Shown here: positions 56,501-63,656 of the stretch, in pieces
How positions within the stretch are numbered: the first letter of the stretch is position 1
How the letters are laid out: every line of letters begins with the position of its first letter
IMG/VR virus record: IMGVR_UViG_3300042992_000919
Location: 1 to 63,656 of that record
Reading direction: 5' to 3' (one strand)
Length of the DNA: 63,656 bases
Source of the DNA: a virus
Lineage: Duplodnaviria > Caudoviricetes
Notes under the pieces: model-generated
Told to the model about the DNA's origin: nothing
What the model saw: the letters and a program-made list of their open reading frames with translations, nothing else
The model's database searches: none
Translations under genes and position numbers: made by a program

Positions 56501-57666
56501 AGAAATATCAAACTGGAAGAGAAAAGCAAACTGATATATTAGGTATGGATCCTAATGCTCCATTTCCTACATCTAGTCCTTCAGCTCCAGGAGAAAGAAA
56601 TATAGCACAGAAAATTCTTGGACCATTAGCAAATTATTTTACATCTAATCCAGAAGAAGAAACACCTATTGAAACAAATGTTCAAACTGTTGAAGTTATT
56701 TCTCCAGTAAAAGGATTTAAATCAATGGAAGATTTGGATGAATTTATCACAAAAGGTGATGAATTTGGACAAGATTTTAATGCATTATACAATGATTATT
56801 CTCAAACAATTAAAACAATTGATGAGTTAAGAACAGGATTAATTGAAGGTTGGATTCCATTAGATGTATATGAACAATATAAAGAAGGAATTGATAGTAG
56901 AATTGGAGAAATAAAAACTGAAATTGATGAAAGTCAAAAACGAATTCCTTGGTATAAAAGCTGGACTGGAAATCCTGGATCAACAGCTGATAAACTACAA
57001 GATATAGCTGGAATTTTAGATGAAGAAAAAGAAAAGTTAAAATTTAGAGCATCTGATTTAAGAAAATTTAAAGATTTTCAAAATAATGTTTCTTTTCTTG
57101 AAACAGAAAAACAAAATATTATTCAACTTTTAAATTCAGATATCGATAACTTAGAAAAAGTACGTCTTAAAAGAAGATTGACAGACCTTAATGATGCTTT
57201 AAATTATGAAACTGATAGAACAAATCAGTTTGGAAATAGAGCATTTAATAGAAGTAAACCTATGGAAAATGTAGGTTATACAAATGAAGGACCAATATAT
57301 AGAGGATTAAAAGAAGCTAATAGAAGTAAATATAAAAGATATTATGAACCAGATGTATATAGACAGTATGGTGATATAGGAATCAGAAAATTTACATATG
57401 ATGATTATTTAAAACAATATGAAAGTAAACCTATTGGTACTACAGTTAAACCAGCATATGAATCACAACAAGGTTCTTTAAATGGTAATTTATCAGATGA
57501 TATATTATCTACTGCTCCTGAACAACAAGATACTGTTCCAGTAGAAACTGCACCCGTAAGTACTCCAAGTAAACAAACTAAATCAGATACTCCTAAATCT
57601 AAAACTAATCAATCAGTTCCATCTAAATTTAAAAAAATAGAAGGTGACGATTTAAATTTATTTTAA
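53554..57666 (+). CDS. Large modular low-complexity virion cargo protein (1370 aa)
   Basis: ANLEAEVGE...GGKRHSEGG...IFSD motif recalled from crAss-like cargo proteins; many xxxGG motifs. Confidence 0.7.
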   Translation: MRKALVKRGDKIVEVTIDENSYKTGGSNLIKRKDGSYSQRGLWDNIRANKGSGKKPTKQMLEQARKIKNKKQTGGEEMYIPDTGVEQFAPDYSWFEGNPNTAAPGNIVSWPSYPIKVSGATQNQPPIVEDEVPQNMMPQRVAPSRGSVYFNRGQYPGNSMIYLDKPSYQYEEFEPNRNSRLSQWFNNLANNVGDGVENFGDFIGNIEMPKRKRRGFLKKLFRGKGKGLLNCKPGTACARFQEGGEENQFEELLDQIEDALEQDANPQEILDQLVGMGVDQNQAQELIQEAMQDLQEDAKEKEGNEEEEDNGEEKEMGEDDEMYASGGSYRVSKTNERKGKTHKVVGPGGVTKYFGDPKLGEKSKSKYGKKGFYARHKKNLAKNPFFRAYARATWAEGGEPSYMNEPEYKTNSFISKVKEMGQMENDRNLYNDIMEQSQQMLMQMGGSPDNYGYVGNPQLDMYQQAFNEFNSKGNVEGAVFGALNNAGLKLEKGVEMAANVIVPGSGKLVKAGFDAQRPKSMTDSTSQGISGDMLGSMLQGAISDPSQLAGLIVRRGGTLNRFQIAGSVPGYVSPYTTDPFTNQGISTNLTLEEFVKKFEKQNPSYGKQVIPQQPQQYGITNQSLNTPALEPINYFDEQGNYTNFQGPLNQAEQSEITTESTNPVKDPLLKPPVQKNNNISFQNVVSGLPAVASIITSMGNRGKTKKLEAQMSDMTMANNVFTADDTLDRGDFERNTGRRKPNQYIMGSLQGVPALSSAKYGGIQKPGVYMSYPTATPESVVYGKPDKKMSNTLSPVDRDKANLEAEVGETVMTPAGDDGIPKFFKVGGKRHSEGGTPLYLPENSFIFSDTRSMLLGKNMLEEFGIIGKKKKTPAEVAKTLGKGYEKYVKTIQDPNSDSIERKTAEMMIQTQINNLGKLALAQESKKGFPQGIPMISVPYMASIGVNAEQVLPQQEQIPQGMPQGNMIPPEMMQQMPMAKYGLQKYQTGREKQTDILGMDPNAPFPTSSPSAPGERNIAQKILGPLANYFTSNPEEETPIETNVQTVEVISPVKGFKSMEDLDEFITKGDEFGQDFNALYNDYSQTIKTIDELRTGLIEGWIPLDVYEQYKEGIDSRIGEIKTEIDESQKRIPWYKSWTGNPGSTADKLQDIAGILDEEKEKLKFRASDLRKFKDFQNNVSFLETEKQNIIQLLNSDIDNLEKVRLKRRLTDLNDALNYETDRTNQFGNRAFNRSKPMENVGYTNEGPIYRGLKEANRSKYKRYYEPDVYRQYGDIGIRKFTYDDYLKQYESKPIGTTVKPAYESQQGSLNGNLSDDILSTAPEQQDTVPVETAPVSTPSKQTKSDTPKSKTNQSVPSKFKKIEGDDLNLF

Positions 57667-57667
57667 T

Positions 57668-59275
57668 ATGTATACTCCATATAATATTTTTGATTATAAC
57701 TTACCTAATTATCAAACTGCTGGTGAAACTGGTAAACCTGATCCAGGTAGATTTAAACCTGGAGATCTTGTTGAAGTAAATGGTGAAAAAAAAGTTGTAA
57801 CTGGTTGGGATCCGGTAAATGGTAAATATATTACTGAAGTTTCAGATGGTAAAACAAATGTTGCAGTAGATAAAGGCTCAGTTAAAAAATATACAGATCA
57901 GGGTATTAATATAGATTTTGGTAATGTTGGTGAAACTAGATATGTTGATACACAACCAGCTGAAACTACAGCAGGTAGATTTGGTGATGCCACTAAAAAC
58001 GAACAAGGATGGAAAGACACTTGGAAAGGAGCATATCCAGATTATGATAATTTAGTAGCATCACTACCTAAATATGGTAATAAAGAAAATCCTGAAGTTA
58101 AAAAATTTCAGAAATGGTTAAATGAAAATTATATACCAAGTAGTGTTAAAACAATTAATGAACAAAGAGTAAAAGCAGGATATAAACCATTTACTGCAGA
58201 TGAAACACAAAAACTTGAAAATGATTTAAAAACAGATTATGGTTTTAATCCATCTAAAAGAGGTAAAGCATATGATGGTTTATGGGGAACATTTACTTCA
58301 TCTAGAAGACCATTAAATTATAATATTGATCCATTAGATAAACCTACACCACCACAACCTACAATAGTACAGACACCACCACAACAAACTACTCAACCAA
58401 TAATACCTGGTAAACTTGGTAGAAAAGGAACTATACCACCTAAAGAATGGTTTTCACAAGATGTGATGAATTTCATGAATACTTTAGCAGTTCCACCTAA
58501 AAAATATTTACCTTGGGCTCCCACTGTTGATTTACAAGAACCAGAATATACATTGCTAGATCCTACTTGGCAATTACAAAATAATGCTGCATTAATGAAT
58601 CAGCAATTACAAGGACTTGGAGCATTTGGTAATTCACAATCTTATCTTGCTAATGCAACAAGTTTAGCTGGTAAAGCATCTGAACAATCTCAAAATGTTT
58701 TAGCAGAATATGATGCTAGAAATGCAATGATTCAAAATCAAGGTGAACAAGCTAAAACAGCAGTAAGAAATCAAGAGAATCTTGCAAACGCAGAAAGAAC
58801 AAAAAATCTATATGATGGAACTACTATTGCTAATCAGCAATATGATAATTCAAGAAGACAATATCTAGATAGAATTAATAAAGCTTTAGTTACAGGAACA
58901 ACAAATGCTGCTATGGCTTATAATACTAATTTCTTGAATCCTTATGAATATTATATTGATCCTAGTTCTGGAGGTATGATATTAGGAAATCCTCAAAATT
59001 ACCAAGATTTAATACCGAGTGAAACAGATGAGGTAAAAATTAGAGAAGGTAATTTAGATAGAATATTAATAGATCCAAGATATAAAAATTTTTCTCCTGA
59101 AGACAAATTAAAAATATTTGAAGATTTATATCCAACACAAACATATCCATCAGGTACATATCCATCTCAAAGAAGATCTAGAAGACAACCATCTATTGAT
59201 GATAATTATATGAGAATGATGCAACAGATGATGTATGGAAATCAAACATATCCAAACTATAATACATTTGGATAA
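57668..59275 (+). CDS. Putative ejected cargo protein
   Basis: Q/N/A-rich coiled-coil C-terminal half; position. Confidence 0.65.
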   Translation: MYTPYNIFDYNLPNYQTAGETGKPDPGRFKPGDLVEVNGEKKVVTGWDPVNGKYITEVSDGKTNVAVDKGSVKKYTDQGINIDFGNVGETRYVDTQPAETTAGRFGDATKNEQGWKDTWKGAYPDYDNLVASLPKYGNKENPEVKKFQKWLNENYIPSSVKTINEQRVKAGYKPFTADETQKLENDLKTDYGFNPSKRGKAYDGLWGTFTSSRRPLNYNIDPLDKPTPPQPTIVQTPPQQTTQPIIPGKLGRKGTIPPKEWFSQDVMNFMNTLAVPPKKYLPWAPTVDLQEPEYTLLDPTWQLQNNAALMNQQLQGLGAFGNSQSYLANATSLAGKASEQSQNVLAEYDARNAMIQNQGEQAKTAVRNQENLANAERTKNLYDGTTIANQQYDNSRRQYLDRINKALVTGTTNAAMAYNTNFLNPYEYYIDPSSGGMILGNPQNYQDLIPSETDEVKIREGNLDRILIDPRYKNFSPEDKLKIFEDLYPTQTYPSGTYPSQRRSRRQPSIDDNYMRMMQQMMYGNQTYPNYNTFG

Positions 59276-59280
59276 ACCTA

Positions 59281-59309
59281 TAAAGTTTATTAAACTTTAA
59301 TTATTTTTG
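59281..59309 (+). promoter_or_regulatory. Palindrome TAAAGTTTA-T-TAAACTTTA next to the -7 element TATTTTTG
   Basis: Perfect 9-bp inverted repeat at 59281-59299; TAnnTTTG at 59302-59309. Confidence 0.55.
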
Positions 59310-59322
59310 CATATATTGAATT

Positions 59323-62007
59323 ATGGCTACATACTTACCAGGAGTTACAGATATATTTCCAGAGTTTCAACCTTTTACTCCAAACTTTGATTTTTATAAT
59401 CAGGCATTACAAATTAAACATGCACAATATCAACAAGGATATAAAAAGTTAAGTGGATTATATAACACTCTTCTTAATTCTCCTATGACTAGAGATGAGA
59501 ATATTGATAGAAGAGAAAAATATTTTAAAGATATTGAGGGAGAGATCAAAAAAATTTCTGGATTAGATTTATCTCTACCACAAAATGTAAGTGCTGCGGG
59601 TGAAATCTTTAAACCATTCTATGAAGATCAGGATATCAAGAATGATATGTATGTAACCAAGACTGCAAGAGATTCAATGACAGCACATGAGATTTTAAAA
59701 AACTGTGTTGGTGCAGATTGTGGTGAAGCAAAAGCATGGGATGAAGGTATAAAATCAATTAATTATAAACTTCAAGAGTTTAAGAATGCTTCAACAGATG
59801 AAGCAAGAAATTTTGGTAAAATTGGATATACACCATATGTTAAATATGCAGATGATGTAGTTAAATTCTTGAAAGACAATAAGATTGAGATTACCCAAGA
59901 AACAAAAAATGGGAGATATAACATAACCACTACAAATGGCCCATTGCTTGAAGGTCCTTTATATAATATGATTAAAACATTATATGAAGATGATATTAAT
60001 GTACAAGATATGTACAAAACAAAAGCATATGTAGAAAGAAAAGATTTTGCGTTAGGTAGAGCTCAAGAATTTGGTGGAATAGATCAAGCAGAACAAGCTT
60101 ATATATCTGAAAAATTTCAGAATTATTCAGGAATAATTGATAGGCAAGTAGAACAAATAAATGATCAATTAGCTTTATTTAATGGTCAAAGAGAAGGTCT
60201 CCTTAAAAAATCAAAACTTACAAGTAAAGAACAAGAAAGTCTAAGCCAATTAGAAATGGCTATTCCATTACTTGAAAGAAGTGTACAGTCATTAGGAACT
60301 GCAAAAAGTAATTATGAAAATCTTGATCAAGTAGATATTAAAACATTAAGATCAAGAGTTGATGCTATATCGAGTGGAGTATTATTTGAAAATGATGTAA
60401 AAGGTATGGCAAAAGATTATTCTAAGATTGGATATAAGCAAACATTTGATGAAGATAAATATGAATTAGCAGCTTATACAAGTGGATTAGACTATAATAA
60501 ACAAATTGCATTAGCTAAGTTTAAACACGGTCTTGATTTAGAAGGATTTGTTAAAAAAGAAACTTTTAAATATAAATTAGAACTTGAAAAAGAATTAAAG
60601 TTAAGAGGATATAATGACCCTCTTTCAATTATCCCAGGAGAATCTAATGTAGAAAATGTAGAAAAAGTAAATGCTTATGAATATAATGTTAAAACCATTA
60701 ATGGTGTTAACCAAGAATTTATGGGTACATTAAAAACAAAATTAAATACTATCTATTTATCATTAAAAAATGATCCTTCTCCTGAAGCACAAGCGTTAGT
60801 AAAAACAATATTTGGTGGGGGAGATAATCAGAATTATACTGGTTATGATGAATGGAGAGGTTATCCTGCTCATCTTGCAACTTGGGAAAGAGCTAAAACT
60901 CAATTAGAAAAACAACCTAACTTTAAAAATCTTGTAGATGCTCAAAGTGAAGGCATGATTAATAAACAAAGATTAATGGTTGAATCAGGTCTTAAGCTTA
61001 GTAGAGCAAATAATTTAAAAGTTAAAAATGCATTAGTTACTAGTAATGATTTTGGTGATGAAGAAAAATTAGATATTAGAACATTAATAACTTCTAATGG
61101 TGATGTGCTAAGTAAAGATCAATTCATCACTCAAACTAAATCTAGATATGATGCAGAAGATGCTGCAAATGTATATGATGAATTAATTCAATCTTATAAA
61201 ACTCAATATGCTAATCCTGAAGCAGTGGAAGGATTAAGAACTAAAATGTTTATTGGTGGTCCATTTGAAGATAGAACTGGTGCTACTGGAATTAGACCAG
61301 GTATAGTATCTGCAGATCCATTAAGAAATTTATCAGATAATTTTTCATTAGTCAATTCTGTATTAACTAATGGGATGAGTTCTGGTGAATTTGCATCTGA
61401 TGATGATAGATCTTTATTTATGGAATTATATAGAGATTTCAATACAAATCTAGATCCTAAAAAAGAGAATGCAAATAGAGCATCTGTTAGTATGCAATAT
61501 GAAGCAGTTTCAGATAAAGATGGTTATGCAAAAGTCACTATAAATCCAAGTAGAGAATGGTTGGAAAAATCAATAGTGGGAGGAGATAAGAAAGAAGAAG
61601 CTTCTAAGTTTGAACAATATAAGAATGGATTATCATTTTATATTGAAAATGGTAAAGTCCAGAATTCTTTTGATAGCGAGATTAAAGGATTTGGAGATTT
61701 AATCTTTGAAGCTAATGGTGGAAATATAAATATTGGAGATAATAAAAATCCAGAGAATGGTGGATTTGTAAATGTTACAAAAAATGGAAATAGCTACACT
61801 GTAAGTTCTAGATCTATATCAGTTGATCCTAATACTGGAGAAGCATCTTTTAATCCTATGAGTACAACTACAGCAACAGGAATAGATGCTGAAAAAATTA
61901 TTGATCAAGCTATCTCAGTTATTTATGGGAATAAAGATAATTATACTAAAATTCTAGAACAGATTGATATAAAAAATAAAGAACTTTTAGGTAAAGAAAC
62001 TAGATAA
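59323..62007 (+). CDS. Putative ejected virion protein (894 aa)
   Basis: Helical ORF with N-terminal FQPFTPNF; precedes the very large gene. Confidence 0.7.
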   Translation: MATYLPGVTDIFPEFQPFTPNFDFYNQALQIKHAQYQQGYKKLSGLYNTLLNSPMTRDENIDRREKYFKDIEGEIKKISGLDLSLPQNVSAAGEIFKPFYEDQDIKNDMYVTKTARDSMTAHEILKNCVGADCGEAKAWDEGIKSINYKLQEFKNASTDEARNFGKIGYTPYVKYADDVVKFLKDNKIEITQETKNGRYNITTTNGPLLEGPLYNMIKTLYEDDINVQDMYKTKAYVERKDFALGRAQEFGGIDQAEQAYISEKFQNYSGIIDRQVEQINDQLALFNGQREGLLKKSKLTSKEQESLSQLEMAIPLLERSVQSLGTAKSNYENLDQVDIKTLRSRVDAISSGVLFENDVKGMAKDYSKIGYKQTFDEDKYELAAYTSGLDYNKQIALAKFKHGLDLEGFVKKETFKYKLELEKELKLRGYNDPLSIIPGESNVENVEKVNAYEYNVKTINGVNQEFMGTLKTKLNTIYLSLKNDPSPEAQALVKTIFGGGDNQNYTGYDEWRGYPAHLATWERAKTQLEKQPNFKNLVDAQSEGMINKQRLMVESGLKLSRANNLKVKNALVTSNDFGDEEKLDIRTLITSNGDVLSKDQFITQTKSRYDAEDAANVYDELIQSYKTQYANPEAVEGLRTKMFIGGPFEDRTGATGIRPGIVSADPLRNLSDNFSLVNSVLTNGMSSGEFASDDDRSLFMELYRDFNTNLDPKKENANRASVSMQYEAVSDKDGYAKVTINPSREWLEKSIVGGDKKEEASKFEQYKNGLSFYIENGKVQNSFDSEIKGFGDLIFEANGGNINIGDNKNPENGGFVNVTKNGNSYTVSSRSISVDPNTGEASFNPMSTTTATGIDAEKIIDQAISVIYGNKDNYTKILEQIDIKNKELLGKETR

Positions 62008-63656
62008 TGGAAAGTATTCTTGATAACTTACAAAACAATATATCACCAGAATTATTTGACTTTTATAATAAGTCATTTATGGTTAACGGTGATCCTAATA
62101 TTGAAAATATTTTACCATCAACAAATCTAAATACTAGTGGTGAAGATGATATTAAAAAACTTGCCACTAAAATAAATAATGATAATAAGTTATTTCAAGA
62201 TAGAGTAACAAATCTACAAGGTAGTTTTAATGATCCATTCAAAGAAGTGAAGGTATATGGTTTTAATCCTTCATTTAAAGGATTAAACATGGATCGTTAT
62301 GATGATAAAGAATTAGGATTTGATCCATTTAGGGATAATGAAAAATTCTATAATGAAAACACTTCCATATTTTATGATTTTGGAAGAGCTTTTAATGGAA
62401 TGGGTAGACTAGCTGGTGCTGCATTTGTAGATAATGCCACTAGTTTAGGTAGAATGGTGCAAGGAGATTTTGATGTATCTCCTGAATTTGCTTTAGATAG
62501 TGAAAGAATCATGGCAGAAAGCATGTCTACAAAAAATGGATTCTTACCTGGTGTAGCTAATTTTATGGTTAACACAGGATTTACTGTAGGTATGTTAGCT
62601 GAAATGGTAGCAGAAGAAGCAATAATTGCAGGAGCATCTATGCTACTAACTCCAGAAACAGGAGGAGCTTCACTTGGTGCTGGTGGATATTTAGCAGCAT
62701 TAAGAGCTCAAATGGGTGCAACAAGAATTGCATCTGCTTGGAAAGGAATGGGAGCTTTAAAAAAAGCACTTACAAATCTTGATGATGTAAATGAAGCAAG
62801 AAGATATTTTACACAATTTGGAAAAGGAACAGTAGACTTTTTAAATCCATTACGTAATACAACAGATTTATTTGCTGATGGAAATAAACTAAAAGGCTTA
62901 GGTCAAATGGCTGCAGTATCTAAAGGATTTGGTGCGTTCTTTAGAGATGTAAGAGATATGAATAGATCTTTATCTGAAGCTAGATTAGAAGGTGGTTTTG
63001 TTGAAAATAAAATGTTTGAAGATCTTGTTAGTGAACATATTGAAAGAACAGGTCAAGATCCAACAGAATCAGAATTACAAGGAATTAAGAACATGGCTCA
63101 TACTGCAGGTATGACCACACAACTTATAAATCTTCCAGTTATTCATTACACCAATAATATAGTATTTGGAAATCTAAGTAAACCACTAACAAAATTTATT
63201 GGTGGAACAAATGATCTAAGATTCTTAAAGAGTAAATTTGGATGGGTGGGAGATACCTTCCAAGAATTAGATAAGGGATTTATACAATCTGCTAGAAGAT
63301 CTTTAAATCCAAGAAACATTAGTAGGAATAGTTTAAACTATTTTTCTGCAAATCTAGCAGAAGGTTTACAAGAAGTTTTTCAAGAAGCTACAGCAGTAGC
63401 AACAGAAGACTATTATAAAAATCTATACTTTAATGAAAACAGTATAGCCAGAAAAATGAATGAATTAAGTTGGCTAGATAGTTATGGAAAAGGTGTAGGT
63501 ACACAACTAAGCGGTCAAGGTCTTGAAGTATTTGCTTCTGGATTCTTTATGGGAGGTGTCATTAACACTGTTTCTAAAAATCTATTCAAAACAATTGATT
63601 ATGTACATGAATCAGTTAATGATAAAAGATTAGAAGCAAAAGCTAAAAAGGATCCC
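62007..63656 (+). CDS. 5' part of a very large virion protein (ejectosome/virion RNA polymerase gene block), truncated by the window
   Basis: TAATG-coupled start MESILDNLQ; frame appears open to the window end; Gly/Ala-rich hydrophobic segments; no polymerase motif visible in this part. Confidence 0.65.
   Translation, partial: MESILDNLQNNISPELFDFYNKSFMVNGDPNIENILPSTNLNTSGEDDIKKLATKINNDNKLFQDRVTNLQGSFNDPFKEVKVYGFNPSFKGLNMDRYDDKELGFDPFRDNEKFYNENTSIFYDFGRAFNGMGRLAGAAFVDNATSLGRMVQGDFDVSPEFALDSERIMAESMSTKNGFLPGVANFMVNTGFTVGMLAEMVAEEAIIAGASMLLTPETGGASLGAGGYLAALRAQMGATRIASAWKGMGALKKALTNLDDVNEARRYFTQFGKGTVDFLNPLRNTTDLFADGNKLKGLGQMAAVSKGFGAFFRDVRDMNRSLSEARLEGGFVENKMFEDLVSEHIERTGQDPTESELQGIKNMAHTAGMTTQLINLPVIHYTNNIVFGNLSKPLTKFIGGTNDLRFLKSKFGWVGDTFQELDKGFIQSARRSLNPRNISRNSLNYFSANLAEGLQEVFQEATAVATEDYYKNLYFNENSIARKMNELSWLDSYGKGVGTQLSGQGLEVFASGFFMGGVINTVSKNLFKTIDYVHESVNDKRLEAKAKKDP

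Noticed and set aside
24593-62007. Stop-codon reassignment (TAG or TGA) as in some crAss-like phages
   Set aside because: Long genes are intact under code 11, and TAG/TGA end genes at sensible boundaries
3510-62575. Minus-strand and alternate-frame ORFs in the track (e.g. 3510..3992, 13046..13495, 2750..3055, 30572..30904, 31320..31715, 34617..35021, 62372..62575)
   Set aside because: Shadows of well-supported plus-strand genes, with no motifs or leaders of their own
1-63656. tRNA or rRNA genes
   Set aside because: Intergenic gaps are short and AT-rich and no cloverleaf or T-loop pattern was seen by eye; tRNAscan-SE would be decisive
62007-63656. Definite RNA polymerase call
   Set aside because: No DxDxD-type catalytic motif in the visible 550 codons; only gene order suggests the RNAP block follows

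Overview
An AT-rich segment of a crAss-like (Crassvirales-type) tailed phage, probably infecting a Bacteroidota host: there are TAnnTTTG host-type promoters and no Shine-Dalgarno motifs. The standard genetic code fits. Bases 1-2133 hold short minus-strand early-type genes arranged as cassettes, each starting at a conserved 21-bp motif and usually ending in a hairpin. After a GC-rich strand-switch patch, everything runs on the + strand. In order: a GroES block; a ~17 kb array of fibre/adhesin-like genes with duplicated and split modules; a GH24 lysozyme; a DNA-metabolism block (wHTH, IHF-like, Zn-finger, PD-(D/E)XK nuclease, PhoH); terminase, portal, scaffold-like protein and major capsid protein; three tiny Lys-rich MATK proteins; Cys-rich tail/capsid accessory genes including a collagen-C1q-like fibre; a metallophosphoesterase; an IHF-like protein; tail ring proteins; an HExxH protease; a 1683-aa tail stabilisation/muzzle-like protein; and large ejected cargo proteins that run off the right end. 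The most unusual signals are (i) a recurring hydrophobic-x-x-GG motif shared by the microproteins and the modular cargo proteins, (ii) 3'-UTR sequences antisense to the phage's own start-codon leader motifs (ATCCAC early, AAAACCAA late), (iii) the early promoter-gene-terminator cassette array, and (iv) the shuffled adhesin array. All function calls come from motif recognition and gene order; no database search was run.
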